The notes under the pieces are model-generated. The model made no database searches and was not told the origin of the DNA. It saw nothing but the letters and a program-made list of their open reading frames with translations. From assembly GCA_017610205.1 (NCBI GenBank), contig JAFCCL010000003.1:1-64000 (forward strand): a DNA stretch of 64,000 nt, written 5' to 3'. The stretch is from Candidatus Iainarchaeum sp. (GTDB lineage Archaea; Iainarchaeota; Iainarchaeia; Iainarchaeales; GCA-2688035). Below, piece by piece: positions 19,875-28,812 of this stretch (positions are counted from its first letter, which is position 1; each line of letters begins with the position of its first letter). Both the position numbers and the translations under genes were made by a program.

Positions 19875-20038
19875 ATTTTTTTCACCACTTCTTTTGTTCC
19901 TATAAAATAGAATGCTAAAAGAAGTATAAATAGATTTGCACAAGCCTTGAAGGGGGGCGTACAAGCCTTGGAGGAAACGAAAGAATTAATAAAACAAAAA
20001 CTGTTATAGAATAGAATAAAGCCTTCAGGAGGAAAAAA

Positions 20039-20392
20039 ATGAGTAAAAGGATTCTGGTAGTTGACGATGATTTTGATGACTTGAAAGCAATGGAGGAATT
20101 GCTTCAAAAGAACGGGTTTGAGACAAAGGCTGTTACAAACGGTGCTGACGCAATTGACTCGTTTAAGGAGAATGCCTTTGACCTGATTTTGATTGATATT
20201 AAAATGCCAACCCTTTCAGGTTATGACCTGTTGAGGCTAATGAGGGAAAAGGTAAATGGCAAGGCCAAAATGGTTTTTGTTTCAATTGTTCCAAAGCAAG
20301 AGGTTGACATGAAGGGAATTAATGGCTTTGTTCAAAAACCGTTTTCTGCGGAAACATTCCTTGCCGAAGTGAAAAAGGCATTGGGAGAATAA
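20039..20392 (+). CDS. stand-alone response regulator receiver
   Basis: ILVVDDD, DLILIDIKMP, VQKPF. Confidence 0.93.
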   Translation: MSKRILVVDDDFDDLKAMEELLQKNGFETKAVTNGADAIDSFKENAFDLILIDIKMPTLSGYDLLRLMREKVNGKAKMVFVSIVPKQEVDMKGINGFVQKPFSAETFLAEVKKALGE

Positions 20393-20406
20393 GGAGGTTG
20401 AAAAAA

Positions 20407-20763
20407 ATGGCAAAAACAATAATGATTGTGGATGATGAGGAAGACATCAGAACAACTGTTAAAACGATTCTTGAAAAGGCAGGCTATAATGTTATCGCAG
20501 CGGTTAACGGTGATGACTGCTTGAGCAAGATTGCGGAAGCAAAGCCGGATTTGATTTTGCTTGACATCATGATGCCTGGAACGCCTGTAAAGGACATTGT
20601 TCCAAAAATAAAGGGAACCAAGATTGCATACCTTAGTGTTGTAAGGGTTGGGGAAGCAGAAAAAGAGGACCTGCTGAAATCAAAGAACATTGTAGACTTT
20701 ATTCAAAAGCCGTTTGGCATAAACAAACTTGTTGAGAGCGTGAAGAAAATTGTTGGTGAGTGA
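20407..20763 (+). CDS. stand-alone response regulator receiver
   Basis: IMIVDDE, DLILLDIMMP, IQKPF. Confidence 0.93.
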   Translation: MAKTIMIVDDEEDIRTTVKTILEKAGYNVIAAVNGDDCLSKIAEAKPDLILLDIMMPGTPVKDIVPKIKGTKIAYLSVVRVGEAEKEDLLKSKNIVDFIQKPFGINKLVESVKKIVGE

Positions 20764-21305
20764 AAGTGGATATTTTAAAAGAGCTTGAAGAAAACCAAAC
20801 TATACTGCTTTTAATGCCTGGCACAGAATACAATGAAATAAGCATTAGCGTGGCAAAACAGCTGAGCGGAAAAACTGTTGGCTACATTACGCTGAACAAG
20901 ACTTTTCCGGCAATAATGGAAAACTTTGAGAAAAAAGGCATTGACACCAAAAACTTTGTTTTTGTTGACGCAATTACAAAAACAATTAAGGAAGCAGAGG
21001 ACACAGACCGCTGCTATTTTGTAAGCAGCCCCGGGGCATTGACTGAATTGGCAATAAAAATAAGCAAACTTTTGAAACACGACTTTGAGTATATGATTTT
21101 TGACAGCCTTACAAACCTTTTGGTTTACCAAAAAAAGGCACCTGTTGGCAAATTTATTTCAAACACTGTTGCAAGGGTAAAGGCAACAAAAAGCAAGGCA
21201 ATAGTCTATGCAATTAAGGTAAGAGAACAGGAAGCCTTGATACAGGAATCAAGCATGTTTGTTGACAGAGTAATTGACATGGGCAAGGCATACACGCCTG
21301 TTTAA
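20760..21305 (+). CDS. degenerate KaiC/RecA-like (DUF835-like) protein
   Basis: YITLNK, FVFVD, IFDSLTNL, VDRVI; no Walker A. Confidence 0.7.
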   Translation: MKVDILKELEENQTILLLMPGTEYNEISISVAKQLSGKTVGYITLNKTFPAIMENFEKKGIDTKNFVFVDAITKTIKEAEDTDRCYFVSSPGALTELAIKISKLLKHDFEYMIFDSLTNLLVYQKKAPVGKFISNTVARVKATKSKAIVYAIKVREQEALIQESSMFVDRVIDMGKAYTPV

Positions 21306-21316
21306 AAGTGTGGCTT

Positions 21317-23464
21317 ATGGAAGAAAACGGATTCAGCATCAAAAAGGCACTGTTTGGAAAAATCAGCAGAAAGATTATTGTCTTGTTTGCTGTTTTAGCC
21401 ATTGTACTGACTTTTTTTGGAATCTACTTCTCTTACCTGAATTCAGAAGCACTTTTAAAAAATGCCATAACAAACCATCTTGAAACTGCCACTGATTCAA
21501 GAGGAGACAATGTTATGACCCTTTTGCAGATGGAGAAAAAAATGGCGGAACAGATGGCTAAAAGCAAGGTAATCAAAAATCTCCTTCAGGCAGAAATAGA
21601 CAAAGAGGGATTTGGGAAAAAGCTTGCAGATGTTTCCGAAAGGCTGAAAAACACAATTGAGAGTGTAAAAGACATTAAAAGCATCTTTGTTTTGGACAAA
21701 AACGGAATAGTTATTGCTTCAAGCAATGAATTAGATATCGGGACTGACAAAAGCTCTTGTTCCTGTTTTTTTGAAGCAAAAAAAGAACCGTTTATCAGAG
21801 AGACCTATATTTCAGATAAAAGAATTGAGGAACTTGATTTTTCTGCACCAGTCACAGACAACGAAGGGGAGTTTTTGGGCGTAGTTGTCGAAAGCTTTTC
21901 AACAGACAAGCTGAACCAGATAACAACAGACAGGAAAGGACTTGGGGAAACAGGCAAAGTTTACATTATAAATAAGGACGGTTACGTGATTACGCCTTTA
22001 TTGTTTGGTGAAGATACTTTTCCAAAGCAAAAGGTCGATACTGAAAATTCAAGAAACTGCTTTAGCATGAAGGTCACCGGCGAAAAACATATAGGCCACG
22101 AAGCAGTAGCAGTTTCTAATGACTACCAGGGAATTCCTGTTCTTGGAGGGCATGTATACATTCCTGAAATGGAATGGTGCCTTCTTGCTGAAATAACTGA
22201 AGAAGAGGCGTTTGGGAAAGCAAAGAAAGAGCTCATATTGTTTGCAATCTTTATGTTTGCTATAACAACAGTTATTGCAATTTTGGCAGGGAGTTTTATT
22301 GCAAGAAGCATTTCAAGGCCTATTGAAAAGATACATTATGCAACAGAACAAATTAAAAAAGGAAACTTTAAGACAAGAGTAAGCATAAAAACAGGCGATG
22401 AACTGGAACAATTGGGAACTTCGTTTAACAAAACAGCCGAAGCCCTGGATAGAATGGACAAAGAACATAAGCAATTAGAGCACGCCAAAACAGAATTTTT
22501 GTCAATCACAAGCCACGAGCTTCGCTCTCCAATGACTCCTATGAAAGCGCAATTGCAGATGCTTGAAGAGGGTTATTTTGGTAAACTAAACGAAAAGCAA
22601 AAGAAATCCATTGACATTGTTTTGAAGAACACAAGCAGGCTTGACAACATTGTGGTTGACTTTTTGGAAATTTCAAGGATTGAGGCAGCAAGGCTAAAGT
22701 TCAGGTTTGTGAAGGCAAATCTGGCAGACAACACCAAAATGGTTGTAGAAGAAATGAATGGATTTATGCCCGAAAAAAGATGCGAGATTGTTACAAATGT
22801 TGGAACGCTTCCGATAATTGAAGTTGACCCTGACAGGACAATGCAGATTTTAAGGAATTTGATTAACAACGCAAAAAAGTTTTCTCCTGCAAACTGCAAA
22901 ATTGTTGTTTCGGCAAAATTGAAAGGCGAGGAAATCGTGTTCTCAGTAAAAGACCAAGGAATTGGAATTGTAAAAGAAAACCAGAAAAGGGTTTTTGAAC
23001 CATTTTTCCAGGAAGAACAGACAATATACAGGGAACATGGAGGGACAGGATTGGGTTTAACCATCTGCAAAGGCATTGTTGAAGGACAGGGAGGAAGAAT
23101 ATGGGTTGAAAGCGAAAAAGGAAAGGGTTCAACAGTTTACTTTACAGTTCCAATAAAGCCAGTGAAGGAAATAAAGCCAATCAAGCTCTTGTTTTCTCCG
23201 CAGGAAAACTTGGAAAAAATGGTTTCCATGCTTTTTGTTGAAATGCTTGGTCCAATGGGAAAAAAAGAATTTGAAGAATGCAAGAAAAACCACCTTTGCA
23301 CAGAGGACAAACTTGATAGATATATTGTAATTCTTCTCAAAAAAGGAATAATCACCAACAAGACCGCAAAAGAATTCAGAAACGGAGTTGACAAAATTTT
23401 TAAGGAAGGCAAAGGAATAAAAACAGGAAAAGACAAACAAGTAAAAAGGACAGATAAAAAATGA
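21317..23464 (+). CDS. membrane sensor histidine kinase (Cache-HAMP-HisKA-HATPase)
   Basis: two TM, HAMP (DELEQLGTSFN), SHELRSP H-box, N/G1/F/G2 boxes (GGTGLGL). Confidence 0.93.
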   Translation: MEENGFSIKKALFGKISRKIIVLFAVLAIVLTFFGIYFSYLNSEALLKNAITNHLETATDSRGDNVMTLLQMEKKMAEQMAKSKVIKNLLQAEIDKEGFGKKLADVSERLKNTIESVKDIKSIFVLDKNGIVIASSNELDIGTDKSSCSCFFEAKKEPFIRETYISDKRIEELDFSAPVTDNEGEFLGVVVESFSTDKLNQITTDRKGLGETGKVYIINKDGYVITPLLFGEDTFPKQKVDTENSRNCFSMKVTGEKHIGHEAVAVSNDYQGIPVLGGHVYIPEMEWCLLAEITEEEAFGKAKKELILFAIFMFAITTVIAILAGSFIARSISRPIEKIHYATEQIKKGNFKTRVSIKTGDELEQLGTSFNKTAEALDRMDKEHKQLEHAKTEFLSITSHELRSPMTPMKAQLQMLEEGYFGKLNEKQKKSIDIVLKNTSRLDNIVVDFLEISRIEAARLKFRFVKANLADNTKMVVEEMNGFMPEKRCEIVTNVGTLPIIEVDPDRTMQILRNLINNAKKFSPANCKIVVSAKLKGEEIVFSVKDQGIGIVKENQKRVFEPFFQEEQTIYREHGGTGLGLTICKGIVEGQGGRIWVESEKGKGSTVYFTVPIKPVKEIKPIKLLFSPQENLEKMVSMLFVEMLGPMGKKEFEECKKNHLCTEDKLDRYIVILLKKGIITNKTAKEFRNGVDKIFKEGKGIKTGKDKQVKRTDKK

Positions 23465-24984
23465 AGTTAAATCAGATAATTATTTTAACATTTATTTTAA
23501 CCGCAGTTATTTCAAGCTTTGGAGCAAACACTTATTATTACTTAAACTCAAACCAGCTGTTTGAGAATAAAATCAGGGACAATTTAAGCTCAACTTCACA
23601 GGCAATGGCAAACCAGGTTGAATTTTTTATTGAAGAGCAAAAAGAAAAAATGGAAATTGCCGCAACACATCAAGAGCTTTCAAATCAGGAGCTGCGGGAA
23701 ATTACAAACAAAAGCGATGAATTTTATGAATTGTTTACAATAGATTCCAATGGGATAATAATCGCCTCAACAAACGAATTGCACATTGGCCAAAACAAAT
23801 CAACAGACCAATATTTTGTCAACGGACGAAATAAAACATATGTCACGAATGCATACATTTCAGACGCAGACAACCAAAAGCTGATTAATATATCAACACC
23901 GCATAATGACGGAGTGCTTGTTGGAAGAATTAAGCTGGAGAAACTTAGCGAAATTGTTTCAGATTACACAGGGCTTGGGAGAACAGGCGAAAGCTACCTT
24001 GTGAACAAAAATTATGTTATGATAACAAACTCAAGGAACTCAAAAGAGCAAACAGAATTAAAGCAAGTTGTTAACACACAAAATACAGAAAACTGCTTTC
24101 AAGATAAGACAGATGAAATCAACCACAAAGATACAGAAGTGTTTTTAGGTTATACAGGAGTCAATGTTTTAGGCAACCATGTTTTGATTCCAGAAATGGA
24201 CTGGTGCTTGCTTACAGAAATTGAAGAAGAAGAGGCATTTGGGTCATTAAGGAAACAAGTGTTTGAAACATCCTTAAACACAGCTATTGCAGCCATGGCT
24301 CTTGTTTTGATAATTGGATTTATTCTTTCAGCAATTATATCAAAACCAATAAAAAAACTAACAAAAGACGTTGACAGTATAACAAAAGGAAAGTTTGACA
24401 CGCAATTGAAGAAAAGCAGAATAACCGAAGTGCAATCCTTAATAGATTCACTAAACAGGATTCTTGCAAGCCTCAAGCTTGCGATTTTGCGGACAGGAGC
24501 GACAAAAGAGGAAATTGGCATAGGCGAAGTTATTAAGAAAAAGGAAGAGGCTGAAAAAAAAGCAATAATGTTTGGCGACGCAGTCAAAACATCCATTGAC
24601 GGAATTAGCATTGCAGACCTTGAAGGGAAAATTATTTTCACAAACAATGCATTTAACAAAATGTGGGGGTATGAGCCTGAGGAAGTAATTGGAAAAAAAT
24701 TAGACGAATTCTGGAAGGAAGACCAGATAAAAAAAGTCAGGACTAAAGTGGTTCCTGCAACTTTGAAAAGCGGCTGGACAGGAAAGCTTGTGGGAAAAAG
24801 AAAAGACAAAAGCAGTTTTGACGCAAGCGTGACAAGTTCTGTTGTCAAGGACAAAAAAGGCAAAACCAGCGCAATTCTCGGCATATTCAGGGAAATTCAA
24901 AAAGAAAAAAAAACAAAATTAGTCCAACACCAGGTTTATGAAAAATGGCGTGAAAAAGGAAAATACAAGTCAAAGCAATTGTAA
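23461..24984 (+). CDS. Cache-HAMP-PAS sensor without kinase domain
   Basis: TM-Cache-TM, HAMP, PAS (NNAFNKMWGYEPEEVIGK); no H-box. Confidence 0.85.
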   Translation: MKLNQIIILTFILTAVISSFGANTYYYLNSNQLFENKIRDNLSSTSQAMANQVEFFIEEQKEKMEIAATHQELSNQELREITNKSDEFYELFTIDSNGIIIASTNELHIGQNKSTDQYFVNGRNKTYVTNAYISDADNQKLINISTPHNDGVLVGRIKLEKLSEIVSDYTGLGRTGESYLVNKNYVMITNSRNSKEQTELKQVVNTQNTENCFQDKTDEINHKDTEVFLGYTGVNVLGNHVLIPEMDWCLLTEIEEEEAFGSLRKQVFETSLNTAIAAMALVLIIGFILSAIISKPIKKLTKDVDSITKGKFDTQLKKSRITEVQSLIDSLNRILASLKLAILRTGATKEEIGIGEVIKKKEEAEKKAIMFGDAVKTSIDGISIADLEGKIIFTNNAFNKMWGYEPEEVIGKKLDEFWKEDQIKKVRTKVVPATLKSGWTGKLVGKRKDKSSFDASVTSSVVKDKKGKTSAILGIFREIQKEKKTKLVQHQVYEKWREKGKYKSKQL

Positions 24985-24985
24985 A

Positions 24986-25053
24986 AGGTTTAAATTAAGC
25001 GGATTCCCTATGCTATTTAGCTGATTAAACACGGCAGAAAAAACTGACTTCAG
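24986..25053 (+). repeat. degenerate duplicate of the kaiC promoter and 5' end (copy of 25539-25603)
   Basis: AGGTTTAAATTAA...TGATTAA...GGCAGAAAAA.CTGACTTCAG shared; ATG changed to ACG in this copy. Confidence 0.8.
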
Positions 25054-25090
25054 CAAGCCAATAGGTGGCAAAAAAATAAGAGGGAAAAAA

Positions 25091-25510
25091 ATGAGCTTGA
25101 TACTGCAATTAAAGGAAGAGCACGCAAATCTTCTTCACTTGTTTGAAGAAGTTAGGGATGGAATTTCTGATAAAAATACAACAGGTCAGGAGCTTATTGA
25201 AAACTTAAGAGACCTAAAAGAGGTATTGGCAGCCCACTTGATTTTAGAAGACAAACTTTTGTATCCAAAACTTGCAACAGCTGAAAACGAAGAGGCAAGG
25301 AAACTGGGAAAAAAGTTTTCTGAAGAAATGCTGAACATTTCACCTATTGTATTCGCGTTCTTTGGAAAATACATCTTGGTTGATGTATCCAAATTAAAAA
25401 ACAATTCAGAATTTGAAAAAGAATTAAGTGGGATAATTGAAGCTGTTGGAAAAAGAATAGAAATAGAGGAAAGCCAGCTTTTTACAGCATATGAAAAATA
25501 CTGCAAATGA
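25091..25510 (+). CDS. hemerythrin/HHE cation-binding domain protein
   Basis: LKEEH...HLILEDKLLYP...RIEIEESQLF. Confidence 0.8.
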   Translation: MSLILQLKEEHANLLHLFEEVRDGISDKNTTGQELIENLRDLKEVLAAHLILEDKLLYPKLATAENEEARKLGKKFSEEMLNISPIVFAFFGKYILVDVSKLKNNSEFEKELSGIIEAVGKRIEIEESQLFTAYEKYCK

Positions 25511-25580
25511 AAAAATGATGGAATTAAACAATTTCAATAGGTTTAAATTAACCGAATTCCATTACTATTGTTGATTAAGC

Positions 25581-26525
25581 ATGGCAGAAAAACCTGACTT
25601 CAGTGGCATTGTAGGCAAGGGAAAAAAAGCCTCTGTTGCCGAAAAAGAGCATGCAAAGTTCATGGCAAAGCCGAAAAAGGCAAGGGAAAAGGCCGCGGAA
25701 GGATTTGACTTCAAGCAGGTAACCTTGCAAATAAAGGAAAAGGCACAGGCAGTTGACAGACCTGTAATGCCAAAGCCATTGGCAAAAAAGATTTCAGCAA
25801 CAATCAAGGAAAAGGTTTTAGGCAAAGGAATTGAAAGAATCAAAACAGGAATTACAGGGCTTGACCAATTGATTGAAGGGGGCTTTGAAAAAAATTCAAC
25901 TGTTTTGCTTGTTGGGAGTGCAGGAACAGGAAAGACATTGTTTGGACTGCAGTTTCTTTACAACGGGGCAAAAGATTACGGCGAGCCTGCTATATTCATT
26001 TCATTTGAAGAAGACAGGAAAAGCCTTTACAGGCACAGTTCTTCCTTTGGATGGGATTTCGAAGCACTTGAAAAAAAAGGATTGTTCAAAGTATTGCAAT
26101 ACAGGCCACACCACGTTGAAAAGCTAATGCGCGAAGGAGGTGGGCCAATAAAAGACCAAATAAGAGCAATGGGAGCAAAAAGGCTTGTGATTGATTCAAT
26201 TACTTCATACGGGCTTCTTTTCAAAGACGATTACCAGAGAAGGGAAGGAATTCTTGAATTTTTTAACATGCTTGAAAAATGGCAATGTACTTCAATGATT
26301 ATTTCGGAACTTTCGCCAAAGGTTGCGGAAATAAAAGAAGGGAGTGTTGGCTTTTTAACAGATGCAATTATTTCACTTTATTACAGCAAGGAAGCCGAAA
26401 AGGGAACAAGGGTTCACAGCTGTGAAATCCTCAAAATGCGCGGAACAAAGCACACCAACAAACTGCTTGCACTTGGCTTTGAAAAAAACGGTTTGACAAT
26501 TTATCCAGAAGTCGAAGTGTTTTAG
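25581..26525 (+). CDS. KaiC/RAD55-family ATPase with basic N-terminal extension
   Basis: TGITGLD, GSAGTGKT, FISFEE, LVIDS, KMRGT. Confidence 0.92.
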   Translation: MAEKPDFSGIVGKGKKASVAEKEHAKFMAKPKKAREKAAEGFDFKQVTLQIKEKAQAVDRPVMPKPLAKKISATIKEKVLGKGIERIKTGITGLDQLIEGGFEKNSTVLLVGSAGTGKTLFGLQFLYNGAKDYGEPAIFISFEEDRKSLYRHSSSFGWDFEALEKKGLFKVLQYRPHHVEKLMREGGGPIKDQIRAMGAKRLVIDSITSYGLLFKDDYQRREGILEFFNMLEKWQCTSMIISELSPKVAEIKEGSVGFLTDAIISLYYSKEAEKGTRVHSCEILKMRGTKHTNKLLALGFEKNGLTIYPEVEVF

Positions 26526-26531
26526 GCAGCA

Positions 26532-27401
26532 GGGCTCTGCAGAAATCATTTATAAATAGAAGAAAAGCGTTCATATAATCGAGGTGATTCCATGAACGCT
26601 TTGTATCCAATAGAGCTTTCAGGTTTTTATAAGTTATGCATTAAGGTTTTGGAGGAAGTTCGCTTTCCCCTATGGTTTTTCTACCGTTCAAAGAAAATGT
26701 ACAACAACTTTGTACAGGTATTTCTGTTAGTGTACAAAAAGAGGTTGAACATTTCATATAGGAAATTTGTAGAGATAGCTGTTGAGAACAAACCGTAGAG
26801 GATGCTTTGCATCAAACGCATTCCACACTATACTACTTTGCAAAAGTTCATGCAACGCATAGACAAGAAGCTGTTTGAGAAGATGGTTAGAGCCTGCAGA
26901 AAACTGTTAAACTTGAAAGAAGTTACTGGCAGTGTTGATGAAACAGGATTTTCAAACACAAACCCCTCATATCACTACCTAAAACGAATAGATAATGCAA
27001 GGGCCAAAAACTATGCAAAAACCGTATTTTTAACCGATAATAAAACAAAGCTTATTTTGAACATCAGAACTCACTCAGGCCATCAAAGCGAAACACTGGA
27101 CTTTATTCCACCAGTAAAAGAACTGAAAAAGGTCTTGTCCTACGTGCTAGCAGACAAAGACTATGACAGCAAAGCCAACAGACGCTATTGTTGGGATAAC
27201 TGTATCGAAGTTCACATTCCTATAAGAGGGCGGAAACAGCACAGGCCAGGGCTATAGCCTAAAGCCATTTCTTAAAAGCAAGTACTGCAAGAAAGCAGCC
27301 AAACTGTTTGACAAAAACAAAAACAACTACAGAAGCCTGATAGAATCAGTAAACTCAGCAATCAAACGAACACTTGGCAGTTATGTTTGCTCTTGCAGAG
27401 T
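26532..27401 (+). pseudogene. decayed IS5-like element / transposase pseudogene
   Basis: IPHYTTLQKF, VDETGF, LADKDYDS, RSLIESVNSAIKR; in-frame TAG at 26796, frameshift near 27255, truncated 3' end; boundaries approximate. Confidence 0.8.
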
Positions 27402-27554
27402 TTTTAATTGCACTGCTTATTTACAAAACCATAAAGAATCAGAGTTTTATAGCACTTATTCTTCTTTTACAAGTATTAGTATTTATTTTTCTGTTTCTAT
27501 TATTTAACAGTATTGTTGGCTGAGGCTTTGCACTTAAAGTCTGATTTTTAAGGC

Positions 27555-27586
27555 ACTTTAGGTGCAGAAAAAATACTTTAGGTGCA
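27555..27586 (+). repeat. left subterminal repeats ACTTTAGGTGCA x2
   Basis: 27555-27566 and 27575-27586, 20-bp period. Confidence 0.9.
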
Positions 27587-27590
27587 AATA

Positions 27591-28055
27591 TTATTCTAGT
27601 TTTGAGACTTCCTCTATTTTAGCAACATGCTCTAAACTTACATTTTGAGAAATCCCTGCTAAAAGAACGATAAAGCCAATTGAATAATTTTTTATGGAAC
27701 AAAGATTTGCTAAATGAACTCGGTCTATCTTTCTTCTTTTTTTTAAAATGGATAATGGGTCGGGTTTTCGGTCTGAACCACTTATGCTAGAATTATAAAC
27801 ATGTATTTCTCTAGCTTTAAGAAACTCGCCTTGTTTAGTACAAGGATTAAGGGTTCTACTTTTAAGTTCTTTTATCTTATTGACAGTCGTTGCTTGGTTA
27901 GCTTCTTTTGATATTGCACAACGAGCATTAGACTCCAATTTCACGCCCGTATTTACTCTGCGAGGTATTTTTTGGCTTATGGATTTGAATTCGCAACCAA
28001 TTACGCAATCATTTTTATCAGTAAATCTATTTTTGAAATAGTCCTTAAATTGCAT
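27591..28055 (-). CDS. transposon cargo hypothetical protein
   Basis: 154-aa ORF coupled (TAATG) to upstream gene; weak PIN-like DRVHLA motif. Confidence 0.5.
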   Translation of the reverse strand: MQFKDYFKNRFTDKNDCVIGCEFKSISQKIPRRVNTGVKLESNARCAISKEANQATTVNKIKELKSRTLNPCTKQGEFLKAREIHVYNSSISGSDRKPDPLSILKKRRKIDRVHLANLCSIKNYSIGFIVLLAGISQNVSLEHVAKIEEVSKLE

Positions 28056-28336
28056 TAAGACATCACAATTAGCTTATTTTCTTGTAGGCGTTTAAGAACA
28101 AACAAGACGTCTTCATAAGGAATGTTTAAATCAGATGATATTTTTGAAGTGGTAGCTTCTTTTTTTTCCTTTAAGTACTTAAGTATTGCTGGTGTATATT
28201 GTTTAATTACTAACTTAAGCTTGTCATGATTTGTTACAACAAGGTCTTCCAATATTGCACCAAATAAATTATATCCCTCATTCAACTCAATTGGATGAAA
28301 TACAAAAAAGTCATTTAACAGGAATAAAGATATCAT
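28055..28336 (-). CDS. small wHTH protein (cargo)
   Basis: ILKYLKEKKEATTSKISSDLNIPYEDVLFVLKRLQENKLI. Confidence 0.65.
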   Translation of the reverse strand: MISLFLLNDFFVFHPIELNEGYNLFGAILEDLVVTNHDKLKLVIKQYTPAILKYLKEKKEATTSKISSDLNIPYEDVLFVLKRLQENKLIVMS

Positions 28337-28743
28337 TCTAGCGCCTCTTTTTTCATTTCTTTTTCTATTTTCATTTCTTCTTCTAATTTTCTTTTTATAA
28401 ATTTTGAAAATTCATCTAATTTATTAGCAAATTCTCTTTTTTCTTTAATACTCATTTCATAAACCCTTTGTGATTCCATGCCAAGTTTAGACGCCTTTAA
28501 TACTATAAGCAACATTGTAGACTTAACTCTTTCTGGAACAGAATCATTATCTGTTATTAACGAGGGGTCGTCTTTTATTTTAAGCATCACTTCATAATGC
28601 TTGGGAAAATTTTCTTGAATATCAGCTAACAGTCTAATTGGAGTCGCACCATTCCGAATTGATGCATCAAAAAATCCAATCATAGCCGTAGCAAATTCTG
28701 GCTCTTCTGAATTAGAAACGGATACTTCTTTAGTTTCGGTCAT
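28333..28743 (-). CDS. transposon cargo hypothetical protein
   Basis: 136-aa ORF with ATGA overlap to next gene. Confidence 0.6.
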   Translation of the reverse strand: MTETKEVSVSNSEEPEFATAMIGFFDASIRNGATPIRLLADIQENFPKHYEVMLKIKDDPSLITDNDSVPERVKSTMLLIVLKASKLGMESQRVYEMSIKEKREFANKLDEFSKFIKRKLEEEMKIEKEMKKEALE

Positions 28744-28812
28744 AGTAATCTACTGAGTTAAAGTCTAAGGTAAGTGGTTTTTAAAACACTTTCTATAATT
28801 ATAACTATTTAA

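Noticed and set aside
24150-24884. Long antisense ORFs (244 aa here, and many others in the track)
   Set aside because: They are shadows of well-supported genes on the opposite strand, with no motifs.
25581-26525. Circadian clock
   Set aside because: Single-domain KaiC-like ATPases without KaiA or KaiB are common archaeal proteins.
27555-27586. Mini-CRISPR from 20-bp periodic repeats
   Set aside because: The 12-bp units with 6-8-bp spacers match the transposon TIR core, so they are end repeats.
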